A stretch of 64,000 nt of DNA. It comes from Flavobacteriales bacterium. Its GTDB lineage: Bacteria > Bacteroidota > Bacteroidia > Flavobacteriales_C > GCA-002722245. Of this stretch, positions 1-9,462 are shown one piece after another. Below the pieces are notes generated by a model, which was not told where the DNA came from, made no database searches, and saw only the letters and a program-made list of their open reading frames with translations. The DNA lies in the NCBI GenBank assembly GCA_049430665.1, contig JBMTCG010000001.1:41742-105741 (forward strand). Reading direction: 5' to 3'. Positions within the stretch are counted from its first letter, which is position 1. The number at the start of each line of letters is the position of its first letter. The translations under genes were made by a program, and so were the position numbers.

Positions 1-1553
1 GCAGTAGCTTCGGCGATGGTGGCCACTGTTGTTTCTTCCTCAGCACCAAAGGCTGCGCTGCTTTTGTTTTTTCGTCTCCAGTTGTCTTCTAATTTACGTT
101 GTCCCCATAGGGCTGCAAATTTTGCTTTTCCGGCGCTTACCAACGACGGATTGTAGAAATACCATTTGCCACTTTGGTCGCTTTGTAAAGTGTTGTTTTG
201 TTTGGTGGCCGCATCGGCATTAAGCAATTCTTGTTCTTTGCGTTGGTCTTCTTCTTCAATAAAGCGGGCAATGGTTTTATCAATCTTTTTTAAACGCGCT
301 TCTTCGGGCATTTTGGCTAAGGTAAGTAAGCTATCTTGTGTATTGATGATTTCAATTTGAACCACTAAATCTTTGAGGTTGTTCTTTTTGATTTCGGTAG
401 GCTCGTAAAGTGCATCTTCTGCGGGCATCACGGTAAGTGAACTGTCGTAATAAGAAGCTGCACCTAAATAATCTGATTTTTTAAAGTTGATTTCTGCAAC
501 AGCCAAAAAAGCCAGAGCTTTTTGTTTTCTGTTTTTTACGCTTTTGTTGGCAGCCAATAGATAGTATTCGGTGGCTTTAACCTCATCGCCATTTTGATGA
601 TAGATTTGAGCAACGGTGTAATAAATTTGATCGAGGTATTCTTTGTTCTTTTCTTCTTTTGCCATCTTTAGCAACGAACGCGCAAAATCATCTGATTTGT
701 TACCAGCACTTTGCGCTTTTGTCATTTCTATTACAGCGCTAAACTGCATATCGTAATTACTAACGCCGCTTGTTACTTTTTTGTAAGCTGCAATGGCTTC
801 TGTTTTATTGCCTTCTCTAGTTTGCAATTGCGCTAAAACATAATACCATCTTGTTTTTAATTTCTTTTTGGCTTTAAAGGTTAGCGCTTCATTCAATGCT
901 TTAATGGCTTCTTTATTGTCGTTGGTTTTAATGAAGTACTGTGCTTTTGCGACTAAATAGTAGCCTTTTTTCTTCTTTGGAACTTCTGTATCGTTATCAA
1001 GTTTATCTATGATTTTTCTTGCTTCTTCGTATTTCTCATCGGCAACATAAGCGCGCATCAACCAAATTAAGGCATCGTATTTTATCTTTTTCTTGTCGTA
1101 TTCTTTGGCAATGTATTCAAAGGTGTTGGCGGCATTGCTGAATTCTCTTTTGTAGAAATACGATTTGCCTAGAAGGAGATAACAATCGTCGATAAAAGGA
1201 TTCACTTCTCTTTCTTCAGTTTTGCCGTCTTTTTTGTTTTTCAATTTAAAGCGCATACTGTGGCGATCTATGCCTTTTGATGCTTTTTGAATACTAATGT
1301 CTAACAGAGAAGCTACTTCTTTTGAGGAGCTTTCGTCGCCATCGGGAAAAACAGAAATGATGTTTTGATATTCATCGACCGTACCGGTGTATAGCTTTTG
1401 TTCCGACTCTTTTAGTTTTTCATTACCATTGAAGAAAACGTTGTAGCGTGTGGTAAGTGCATGGTAGCCTTTATTCACTAAAGAATTGCGCTCTTTGCTG
1501 CAACTTGCCAAAAAGAGAATCAAAAGAATACTATAAAATTTTATGCTTTTCAA
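1..1553 (-). CDS. TPR-repeat lipoprotein, partial (N-terminus in window, C-terminus beyond coordinate 1)
   Basis: My own translation of the minus strand gives an uninterrupted ORF from a TTG near 1553 (LKSIKFYSILLILFLASCSKERNS...) running off the window start. It has a lipobox LASC and TPR-like helical repeats. It is absent from the ORF track because it has no stop in the window. Confidence 0.5.
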   Translation of the reverse strand, partial: MKSIKFYSILLILFLASCSKERNSLVNKGYHALTTRYNVFFNGNEKLKESEQKLYTGTVDEYQNIISVFPDGDESSSKEVASLLDISIQKASKGIDRHSMRFKLKNKKDGKTEEREVNPFIDDCYLLLGKSYFYKREFSNAANTFEYIAKEYDKKKIKYDALIWLMRAYVADEKYEEARKIIDKLDNDTEVPKKKKGYYLVAKAQYFIKTNDNKEAIKALNEALTFKAKKKLKTRWYYVLAQLQTREGNKTEAIAAYKKVTSGVSNYDMQFSAVIEMTKAQSAGNKSDDFARSLLKMAKEEKNKEYLDQIYYTVAQIYHQNGDEVKATEYYLLAANKSVKNRKQKALAFLAVAEINFKKSDYLGAASYYDSSLTVMPAEDALYEPTEIKKNNLKDLVVQIEIINTQDSLLTLAKMPEEARLKKIDKTIARFIEEEDQRKEQELLNADAATKQNNTLQSDQSGKWYFYNPSLVSAGKAKFAALWGQRKLEDNWRRKNKSSAAFGAEEETTVATIAEAT

Positions 1554-1623
1554 TGAGGTATAAACTAAAAACGAGTAAAAATATTTTAATTTTCTCTATT
1601 ATTGAAGATAAATAAATCAGCAA

Positions 1624-2427
1624 TTGAAAAAACCGGTAACCGTTAAAAGTAAGAAAATACTGGGGATAATTAAGAAACAGCACGTTTTGCTGGTTCATGA
1701 AGAATCTCAAACGGGCACTGCTGTGCTCTTTTTTAAGTCGCGTTTGGTAAGTATTGTCTTGGTTTCTCTGGCTATTTTTCTAGTGATCTTTGCCTTGGCT
1801 TTTGTTATTTTGGCTTATACTCCTGTGCAGCAATATGTGCCCGGCTTTTTAAGCGATCACCAAAAAGAAATATTGCTAGATGATGCCCGTAAGACCGACG
1901 CTTTAGAAGAAGAGCTTAAGGGTAAGGAGGTGTATTATTCACATTTAGATTCGTTGATAGAAGAGTGGATTCCAAAGAACGATACTTTAAAAGGAGAGGT
2001 AAATGCGGCCAATATTTCGGTGCTGATGCCCGCCGAAGAGCAAATGAAAGCCATTAAAAACTTTTACTTCTATGCTCCGCTTCACGGCTTAATTTCTAAG
2101 CATTTCAATTATCAGGAAAAGCATTACGGAGTGGATATTGTATCGAAAAAAAACGAAGCGGTGAAAGCTACTTTAAATGGAAGAATAATATTGTCCACTT
2201 GGTCGGCAGAAACAGGAAATACTATTGTTTTACAACATTCAAACAATTTAATTTCGGTGTACAAACATTGCTCGGCCATGCTTAAAAAGGAAGGACAGTT
2301 TTGCAAGGCAGGCGAGGTAATCGCCATTATTGGTAATACGGGTGAAGATTCTTCGGGTCCGCATTTGCATTTTGAATTGTGGTTGAATGGAACGCCGTTG
2401 AATCCGGCGTCACATATGAGTTTTTAA
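1624..2427 (+). CDS. M23 family metallopeptidase (LytM/EnvC-like) with N-terminal TM anchor
   Basis: C-terminal motif GNTGEDSSGPHLHFELWLNG is the M23 zinc-site signature. A hydrophobic segment lies near the N-terminus. The exact start is uncertain. Confidence 0.7.
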   Translation: MKKPVTVKSKKILGIIKKQHVLLVHEESQTGTAVLFFKSRLVSIVLVSLAIFLVIFALAFVILAYTPVQQYVPGFLSDHQKEILLDDARKTDALEEELKGKEVYYSHLDSLIEEWIPKNDTLKGEVNAANISVLMPAEEQMKAIKNFYFYAPLHGLISKHFNYQEKHYGVDIVSKKNEAVKATLNGRIILSTWSAETGNTIVLQHSNNLISVYKHCSAMLKKEGQFCKAGEVIAIIGNTGEDSSGPHLHFELWLNGTPLNPASHMSF

Positions 2428-2636
2428 TGTTAAGCACGCAAATATTTTACTTGTTGTTTATTGCTGTTACGTGGTTTGGTAGCTATTCGTATGTGCAGAA
2501 GCAGATTATGCCGATACCTAAATTGCAAAGTATTTTTAAGGTGCAATGGCAAAAAACAGTAGCGACGTATTTGCTGTCATTAATTTTAGCACTGGCGATT
2601 ACTCAGTTGGCGATTTATAGCACGAAGTTTTTTTAA
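2379..2636 (+). CDS. small hydrophobic ORF, hypothetical
   Basis: 85-aa ORF with two hydrophobic segments that overlaps the M23 gene end. There is no homology I can name, so it may be spurious. Confidence 0.2.
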   Translation: MVEWNAVESGVTYEFLMLSTQIFYLLFIAVTWFGSYSYVQKQIMPIPKLQSIFKVQWQKTVATYLLSLILALAITQLAIYSTKFF

Positions 2637-2641
2637 GTAAA

Positions 2642-2741
2642 GGACAATAGTTCCTTCGGGGTACCTCAGGATGACAAACTGGGTAAGAGCTACCTTTAAG
2701 AGTGGTTGTCATCCTGAGGTACCCCGAAGGAACTATTGTCC
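2642..2741. repeat. perfect 36-bp inverted repeat (GGACAATAGTTCCTTCGGGGTACCTCAGGATGACAA / reverse complement) with 28-nt spacer; palindromic interspersed element, copy 1
   Basis: Arms at 2642-2677 and 2706-2741 are exact reverse complements. The element sits between convergent gene ends (2636 and 2753), so it likely also acts as a bidirectional terminator hairpin. A related copy is at 57207-57300. Confidence 0.8.
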
Positions 2742-2752
2742 TATACGTTAAT

Positions 2753-5071
2753 TTAAGGCGCTATTGTCTCAGGAATGGAATCTATTATAATATTCTCCGC
2801 TCCCACCGAATCAATTTCTACCACCACAGTATCCATTTTTGGAGCTTTCATTCTGCAGTTGTGTGGCACATCAATAGGGAAAGGCTCTTTAGGGAAAGGA
2901 GTAGGTTTTAGTTTGCTTTTCTTATCGGCAAATGCTTTTTGCATAAACAAACCAAAAATTGGCAAGGCGGTTTTCATACCTTCACCCGTTGCCGAGTTTT
3001 TAAAGTGTACACAACGGTCTTCCGCACCCACCCAAGTTCCACCAATCAATCCGGTGGTTACACCAACATACCAACCATCGGAATAGTTGTTTGAAGTCCC
3101 GGTTTTACCGCCCATTTGTGCGTTGTTGCCAAACAGAGCATATTGAAATAAAGCTTGCGATGTACCATTGTATTCTTCCACAGTTCCTCTTAGCATATAC
3201 GACATCAACCAAGCGGTTTCCTCTGTTAATGCTCTTTCTTGGGTAGAATTGAATCGTGCTATTTCTTCTCCTTTTTGATTCACGATGTGTGTAACCAAAA
3301 TAGGTTTAATTCTAAATCCGCCGTTGATGAAAGTCGCGTATGCAGTGGTTAATTCCAAGAGGTTAACATCATTGGTTCCTAAACCGATAGAAGGTACTGC
3401 CATTAACGGACTCTCAATTCCGCATTTTTTGGCGGTTTGGGCAACGTTATCCGGACCGCATTGTAGGGTTAATTGCACCGCTATGCTGTTAATAGAATTA
3501 GCCATGGCTCTGCGCAATGTAAGCGTATCGCCCGAGAAATGTCGGCTTGCATTTTTAGGTTCCCAAACGTGATGCACACCATCTTCATCGTATTCGTGAC
3601 GAACATAGCGGTCTATTCTTGTATCACATGGTCCGTTGCCTTGCTCGAAAGCTGTTGCATAAACAAAAGGCTTAAAGGTAGAACCCGGCTGACGTTTAGA
3701 TTGTGTGATATGGTCGAATTTCATGATTTTGTAGTTCCAGCCACCCACCCATGTTTTGATGTGTCCGTTTTTCGGGTCGAGAGTGAAGAAACCACAACGC
3801 AACATTTTTTTGTAATGCGCCAATGAATCGTAAGAACTCATCATCTTTTTGGTGAAGCCAGCATCGTGTGTAAATATTTCGCAAAGGTGAGGTTTGCGTA
3901 AGAAATATTGAATGGTATCTTCATTGTCTTCCCAGCGTTTTTTAAGTGCACGATACACATCTGTTTGTTTGATAGCATTTTCTAAATAGCCTGGTATCTC
4001 TTGTTTTTTGGCATCAACCCAAGGATTTTGACCAGCCCATTGCGCATCAAATTTACCTTGTAATGATTTCATGTGTTCTTGAACTGCTTCTTGCGCGTGC
4101 ATTTGCAAATTCAAATCAATGGTGGTGTAAATTTTTAATCCGTCGCTGTAAATATCATAACCGTTATCGCTACACCATTCTTCTAGTTCGCGCGCAACTG
4201 CGGCACGAACGTAGGGTACTTTGCAATCTTCTGGGTTTTCAACGTGATAATCTAGAGTAATAGGTTTGTCAATGGCTTTAGCGTATTCTTTATCGGTAAT
4301 TACGCCATGTTTTTTCATCAACGATAAAACAACATTTCTTCTTTCCAAAGATTTTTCGGGATGTAAAACCGGATTGTAAGTAGTGGTAGCTTTAAGCATA
4401 CCAATTAAAACAGCCGATTCATCGGCCGTTAAATCTTTTGGTTTTTTATTGAAATAGGTTTTAGCGGCAGTATTGATACCAAAGGCATTGCTGCCAAAAT
4501 CTACTGTGTTCATGTACAACAACAAGATTTCTTCTTTGCTGTAATTTTCTTCCAAACGTTTGGCCACCATCCATTCTTTAACCTTCACATTCACAGTGCT
4601 AATGCCTGGAATGTAGCTCAATAAACCTTTGTTTACTTTACGCATTTTAAAGATATTTTTGGCCAGCTGCATGGTAATGGTACTACTACCTCTTTTATCT
4701 CCTTTGATCATGTACCACAAAATGGCAATATTGGCTTTCCAGTCGATGCCGGTGTGCTCGTAAAAACGCACATCTTCGGTAGCTACCAAACCTTTGTGAA
4801 AAAGCGGATTGATGTCCTTATATCCTACAGAAGAGCGATTTTCACGAAAAAACTTGCCAATAACCTGACCGTCTTCAGCATAAATAACAGATGCAACAGG
4901 CAACTTAGGGTCTTTCAATTCTTTCACCGAAGGCATATTTCCCATTAACCATAGGAAATTGTGTTGAACAACTAAGTATAGAAATATGATGGTGAGAATA
5001 GGGTAGCGATAGCGTTTTTTCTTCCAAAGATAGATTCCGGCACTTTTAACTTTCTCCCAAATTTTCTTCAT
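2753..5071 (-). CDS. mrcA: penicillin-binding protein 1A (class A PBP: GT51 transglycosylase + transpeptidase)
   Basis: Transglycosylase motifs (ATEDVRFYEHTGID; GSSTITMQLAKN). Transpeptidase SxxK (QPGSTFKPFVYATA), plus SxN and KTG motifs (KTGTS). Confidence 0.85.
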   Translation of the reverse strand: MKKIWEKVKSAGIYLWKKKRYRYPILTIIFLYLVVQHNFLWLMGNMPSVKELKDPKLPVASVIYAEDGQVIGKFFRENRSSVGYKDINPLFHKGLVATEDVRFYEHTGIDWKANIAILWYMIKGDKRGSSTITMQLAKNIFKMRKVNKGLLSYIPGISTVNVKVKEWMVAKRLEENYSKEEILLLYMNTVDFGSNAFGINTAAKTYFNKKPKDLTADESAVLIGMLKATTTYNPVLHPEKSLERRNVVLSLMKKHGVITDKEYAKAIDKPITLDYHVENPEDCKVPYVRAAVARELEEWCSDNGYDIYSDGLKIYTTIDLNLQMHAQEAVQEHMKSLQGKFDAQWAGQNPWVDAKKQEIPGYLENAIKQTDVYRALKKRWEDNEDTIQYFLRKPHLCEIFTHDAGFTKKMMSSYDSLAHYKKMLRCGFFTLDPKNGHIKTWVGGWNYKIMKFDHITQSKRQPGSTFKPFVYATAFEQGNGPCDTRIDRYVRHEYDEDGVHHVWEPKNASRHFSGDTLTLRRAMANSINSIAVQLTLQCGPDNVAQTAKKCGIESPLMAVPSIGLGTNDVNLLELTTAYATFINGGFRIKPILVTHIVNQKGEEIARFNSTQERALTEETAWLMSYMLRGTVEEYNGTSQALFQYALFGNNAQMGGKTGTSNNYSDGWYVGVTTGLIGGTWVGAEDRCVHFKNSATGEGMKTALPIFGLFMQKAFADKKSKLKPTPFPKEPFPIDVPHNCRMKAPKMDTVVVEIDSVGAENIIIDSIPETIAP

Positions 5072-5076
5072 GATGA

Positions 5077-6267
5077 TTATTTAAGTAATCCAAGGGCAAT
5101 GTAAGCCATAAGTCCCATACCCGTTTCTAAAGCACTTTCGTCGATATCGAAAGTAGAAGTATGTATGCCCGAAGTAATTCCTTTGTTGGCATTTCTAACG
5201 CCTAAGCGGTAGAAACAAGAAGGCATTACTTGCGAGTAAAAGGCAAAATCTTCAGAGGTCATTCTTAGGTCTAATTCCTCCACGTTTTCTTTGCCCAAAT
5301 AGTCATCGGCCAAAGCCCATGATTTAACGGTAGTATTTTCTTCGTTTACCAAGAAAGGATATCCTTTTTGAATGTCGAAATCAACGCTGCCACCCATTCC
5401 TTCAGCCACGCTATTGGCCAATTTAAACATGATATCGTGCGCTTTCACCCTCCATTCTTCGTCCATTGTTCTGAATGTTCCTTCCATCTTTACAATATCG
5501 GGCACCACATTGGTAACGCCCAAACCTTCAATTCTTCCGAAAGAAAGAACAGATGGAATGATAGGAGAATTATGGCGACTCACTACTTGCTGCATGGCAA
5601 CAATCATGTGAGAAGCAATTAAAATAGGGTCGATATTGTTGTGAGGCATAGCGCCGTGTCCGCCTTTACCTTTAACAGTAACATAAATTTCATCGCAGCT
5701 TGCCATGTACATTCCTCGGCGAAAACCTACTTTTCCAGCATCCATAGAAGGGAAGACATGCTGCCCAATAATCAATTCTGCATCGGGATTTTTAAGTGCT
5801 CCTTCTTTAATCATTAAGGAAGCACCGCCCGGCAATACTTCTTCACCTGGCTGAAAAATCAACTTCACGGTACCTTCAAACTGATCTTTTAGCGCATTCA
5901 ATATTTTTGCTGTACCCAACAACGAAGAGGTGTGCACATCGTGTCCGCAAGCATGCATTACCCCAGGATTTGTTGAGCAATACGATACTTCATTCTCTTC
6001 TAAAATAGGAAGAGCGTCCATATCGGCGCGCAATGCAATTACTTTTTTACTCGGATTTTTACCTTCAATATGCGCCACAATTCCTGTTTCTACGTAACCT
6101 GCAGTAAAAGGAATGCCATTGTCTGTAAGGAATTGCTGAATGTATTTAGATGTTTTGTATTCTTTAAAAGACAACTCTGGATTGGCGTGCAAATACCTAC
6201 GCACCTGAATAATATCTTTCAGGTAATCTTTTGCTAAACCGTGTACTTTGTCTTTCATTAGGGGCAA
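5077..6267 (-). CDS. M20 family amidohydrolase (N-acyl-L-amino acid amidohydrolase-like)
   Basis: MHACGHDVHTS and DMDALPI motifs, typical of M20D metal-binding sites, in a roughly 396-aa protein. Confidence 0.75.
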   Translation of the reverse strand: MPLMKDKVHGLAKDYLKDIIQVRRYLHANPELSFKEYKTSKYIQQFLTDNGIPFTAGYVETGIVAHIEGKNPSKKVIALRADMDALPILEENEVSYCSTNPGVMHACGHDVHTSSLLGTAKILNALKDQFEGTVKLIFQPGEEVLPGGASLMIKEGALKNPDAELIIGQHVFPSMDAGKVGFRRGMYMASCDEIYVTVKGKGGHGAMPHNNIDPILIASHMIVAMQQVVSRHNSPIIPSVLSFGRIEGLGVTNVVPDIVKMEGTFRTMDEEWRVKAHDIMFKLANSVAEGMGGSVDFDIQKGYPFLVNEENTTVKSWALADDYLGKENVEELDLRMTSEDFAFYSQVMPSCFYRLGVRNANKGITSGIHTSTFDIDESALETGMGLMAYIALGLLK

Positions 6268-6537
6268 AGATATAAAAATTAGGTTAGGGCAGAAAGGGCT
6301 TTGTGAAATGTAAAAAGCACTAAAAAATGATTTTCAGTTTTTAGCGGTACTGATTAATATTACGTCGATTTACTTGACAAGGGGCTAAAAAAAAAAGTAA
6401 ATTCTACTACTTGCACTACTACTGCTATGGCGTCAACACATTTATTTGAATTAATTCACTCTCTTTCTCCTACTGAGAAAGGGTAAATTAAAAAAACCGC
6501 TTTTTCATCCTCAAACGGTGAAGAGAAATCGTACATA

Positions 6538-7368
6538 TTGTTGTTCGATGCTCTCGCCAATCAAGAGGTGTATGATGAAGACAAAATCATCAAGAAGTTT
6601 AAGGGCGCAGCATTCATCAAAAATTTATCGAAAAGCAAGAATCATCTGTACCATGTTATTTTAAAGCGATTAGCACAATACCACGAAGAAAATATCATTG
6701 AGATTAAAATTAAGGGTTTAGTGAATCAGGCTACCATTTTGTATAAGAAAGGATTGTACGAACATGCAGTGATTCACTACGAAAAGGCCTTGCGTTTAGC
6801 TTTAGACGCAGAAGAATTGGAAGTGGCCTTAGAAATTTATACCTGTCTTTTAGACATCTACTTTGTGGGAAGTATGGGCATAAAATTTCCTTATGAAGAG
6901 GAAATGAAAGTGCTTTCAAAAAAACTGAACAATGAACATTTGATAGCGCAACTGCACACCAAAATTGCAGAGAAAATGTTCTCCGACGATTTTAATTCTG
7001 AGCCAGAACAGGTGCAAAGTATTCACGATATTTTGAATGCGCCTTTGCTTCAAAAAATTAACGATAACGATAGTTTTTTTGCACAGTGGGGCAAGATGTG
7101 CATTCATACCCACAGCTACTATCTGCTAAGTCAGCATGAAGATGCCGATGCTATGAAAGCAAAGCAACTGGAGTTTTTGCGTACCCACCCAGCCATGACC
7201 AGTAAAACGCCCATGCGCTATGTAAAACATTTGGCCAACATGATCAATGGCAAATTAAATACTTGCCATTATGATGACATTCCTTCTCTTTTAGAAGAAT
7301 TGAAAAACTTTCAAAGCAACGAAAATTTGTTAGAGCATATTAAACCTTTACAGCTCTCGGTATATTAG
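6538..7368 (+). CDS. helical-repeat (TPR-like) hypothetical protein, N-terminal part; same frame as the next ORF, separated by one TAG
   Basis: ORF with a TTG start. The stop TAG at 7366-7368 lies in the same frame as the ORF starting at 7378. Confidence 0.45.
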   Translation: MLFDALANQEVYDEDKIIKKFKGAAFIKNLSKSKNHLYHVILKRLAQYHEENIIEIKIKGLVNQATILYKKGLYEHAVIHYEKALRLALDAEELEVALEIYTCLLDIYFVGSMGIKFPYEEEMKVLSKKLNNEHLIAQLHTKIAEKMFSDDFNSEPEQVQSIHDILNAPLLQKINDNDSFFAQWGKMCIHTHSYYLLSQHEDADAMKAKQLEFLRTHPAMTSKTPMRYVKHLANMINGKLNTCHYDDIPSLLEELKNFQSNENLLEHIKPLQLSVY

Positions 7369-7377
7369 ATTCAATCG

Positions 7378-7962
7378 TTGTCTTTATATACTCAAATTAA
7401 TCAACTCGACAAGGCTTATGCTCTCTTAGATGAAAGTATATTGTGGTTCGAAAAGAATGAACATTTGGTATCAGACTACTTTAAAATCATCTTTTACGAC
7501 TCAGTTTTCTTAGTGTATTTTATGAAAGGTGAGTTTAAAAAATGCATTCCTTGGATGAATAAAATAGCACATTCGAAAACGCCTTTCAGAAAAGAGTTGC
7601 GCTTGAGTTTAAAACTAAATTTATTGCTGTTACATTTTGAGCTTAAGAATTACGAATTGATTAGCTATCAAATCAAATCGTTGTACCGTGAAATACTAAA
7701 ACAAGAAAACAATCAAGAATCAACAAAATACATTCTACGCTGGTTTCAAGATTGTTTGAAAGACGCTAATAACGAAGCGTCACTTAAGAAATCAGCTGAG
7801 GAAATTAAATATCGTTTGCATAAAATGACTGAAAGTGGCGAGTGGAAACTGCTACTAGAAATGCGCTTATTTCACGCATGGTTGGAATCGAAAATCAATA
7901 AAAAGTCGGTTGCTGAAAACTACGCTAAAGAATATTTATTAGAATTAGCAGAACCAATCTAA
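7378..7962 (+). CDS. helical-repeat hypothetical protein, C-terminal part of a possibly interrupted gene
   Basis: Frame-1 ORF beginning 9 nt after the in-frame TAG of the previous ORF, with the same composition and repeat style. Confidence 0.4.
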   Translation: MSLYTQINQLDKAYALLDESILWFEKNEHLVSDYFKIIFYDSVFLVYFMKGEFKKCIPWMNKIAHSKTPFRKELRLSLKLNLLLLHFELKNYELISYQIKSLYREILKQENNQESTKYILRWFQDCLKDANNEASLKKSAEEIKYRLHKMTESGEWKLLLEMRLFHAWLESKINKKSVAENYAKEYLLELAEPI

Positions 7963-8010
7963 AGAGATACTAAACAAAAAAGTCCTACCGATTTCACTCG
8001 AAAGGACTTC

Positions 8011-8032
8011 TGCTCTCCCTCTTGGACTTGAA
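8011..8032. repeat. att-site direct repeat (distal copy of the tRNA-Asn 3' end)
   Basis: Exact 22-nt match to 12726-12747. It lacks the upstream tRNA body, so it is a partial tRNA 3' end only. Confidence 0.7.
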
Positions 8033-8337
8033 GCCTAAGAGGAAATGCTGTAATATTAAGTCATTTAGAACTATCAACTTTTAGGGACACCTAATTTGTC
8101 ACCTAATTCTTAAAAAGAACCATATAGCAAATATACAGTTTTCAGTTTTTGAACACTAAAATTCCTCTACAAATTAAAGCCTGTATGGAGAAATATATTT
8201 GACTTCTCCTTACTAAAGTATTTTCATCGTTATCATCAATTGGATAAATTCCTGAATATATCCATTCATTGTATGAGTACCTGAACCATCTGCGCGTACA
8301 GATATTTTCACTCCGTTTTAAGGGATTATTCCGATTT

Positions 8338-9375
8338 TTATTGCAAAATAATCTTTTTTACTTCAACCAAATTACCTGAACCGTCTATAATATTAACAAA
8401 ATAAGTTCCAGTACTAAATGTATTAAGGTTAACTGAATATGACGGCTGACTGATTGTTTGTTGGTAAACCTCTTGATTCAATGTATTCAAAATTTTAATT
8501 TGGTAGCCATTGCTAGTTGAGTTGGCAATAGAAATATTTAACTGGTCATTAGTAGGGTTCGGGAAAATCTTAATGTTATTGGAATAACTAATAGGATTGA
8601 ATCCTGTTACATTCAGATTGATGACTAATGTATCCGTAACCGTCAAGTTTTGTAAGCATAGACTTTCATTGTACAATGCGGTTACTTCATTAGCGGTTAT
8701 TGCTCGGTCATAAATTCGATAATCATCAAGCGTTCCATCAAAATGCCCACCAGCTGGCCACACTTGGTGCGCACCAATAAATAAATCTGTACCATTGGTA
8801 ATTGGAGCCATTGCGCTACCTGATTGACTACCAGTTTGAGATACTAGTACATTGTCAATGTAAATTTTGAATTGTGAAGCCATTACAGAGCCAGCAGCCC
8901 CATCGTAAACGCCAACAACATGATGCCAGCTTCCATCGCGATATGTTCCATCTGTCATTTGGCCAATTGATTTTGCAGGACCATCATTGTTGAAAAGAAC
9001 TCTTCCATCATAAAACCCGCCTGTTATTGAGTGAAGATGTATTGTTAAACCATCTTGATTGTTTAACCCGCGTCCGCTAATTATTATACCGCCATAAGTG
9101 GTTTTAAACCAAGCAGAAATAGTATAAGAAGTCACATTGGTTTGTTGCAGACTTACTTGAATGGTGTCGTTGCCGTCAAACTGATAAGCATGATTGGGTC
9201 TTCCAAATCTGTCTGCTGTAAGTACTGCCCCTTTAACAGTTCCGTTGTGTCCGTTACCTGAGTTGTCACTAGCATTTCCCGTAAACGACCAATAAGCCAC
9301 CAATCCATTAGTTGGTATTTGAGCAATTGATGTCATTGCCAAAACCATTAGTAAAAAAGTAAACGTTTTTTTCAT
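8338..9375 (-). CDS. secreted LamG/concanavalin-like jelly-roll domain protein with T9SS C-terminal sorting domain
   Basis: N-terminal signal peptide. The central region is typical of the LamG-like (Laminin_G_3) fold. The C-terminal roughly 80 aa (KIFPNPTNDQLNI...GTYFVNIIDGSGN...KKIILQ) match the type A T9SS sorting domain pattern. Confidence 0.65.
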   Translation of the reverse strand: MKKTFTFLLMVLAMTSIAQIPTNGLVAYWSFTGNASDNSGNGHNGTVKGAVLTADRFGRPNHAYQFDGNDTIQVSLQQTNVTSYTISAWFKTTYGGIIISGRGLNNQDGLTIHLHSITGGFYDGRVLFNNDGPAKSIGQMTDGTYRDGSWHHVVGVYDGAAGSVMASQFKIYIDNVLVSQTGSQSGSAMAPITNGTDLFIGAHQVWPAGGHFDGTLDDYRIYDRAITANEVTALYNESLCLQNLTVTDTLVINLNVTGFNPISYSNNIKIFPNPTNDQLNISIANSTSNGYQIKILNTLNQEVYQQTISQPSYSVNLNTFSTGTYFVNIIDGSGNLVEVKKIILQ

Positions 9376-9412
9376 AACTGATTTTTAAAGTTTTGGGAAA
9401 TATAAGGAAAAA

Positions 9413-9461
9413 TCTCCATATATGGAGAAAACAATTCTTTTGCATCTCTCCATTTTAGGAG
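9413..9461. promoter_or_regulatory. two TCTCC-N6-GGAGA palindromic operator-like sites in the divergent promoter region (9413-9428 perfect palindrome TCTCCATATATGGAGA; 9446-9461 TCTCCATTTTAGGAGA)
   Basis: Seen directly. The second site ends 2 nt before the XRE gene ATG at 9463. A related GGAGA-N13-TCTCC arrangement with a TATGGAGAAA half-site is at 8188-8210. Confidence 0.5.
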
Positions 9462-9462
9462 A

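Noticed and set aside
3285-3884. Several 60-117-aa ORFs antisense or out of frame within the PBP1A gene (3285-3572, 3473-3826, 3696-3884, 4063-4260, 4754-4948)
   Set aside because: They are fully embedded in a well-supported 772-aa CDS with intact catalytic motifs. They have no start context or homology and are typical shadow ORFs.
5368-5622. Two overlapping plus-strand ORFs inside the M20 amidohydrolase gene
   Set aside because: Antisense to a confident CDS, with reciprocal-frame composition. These are shadow ORFs.
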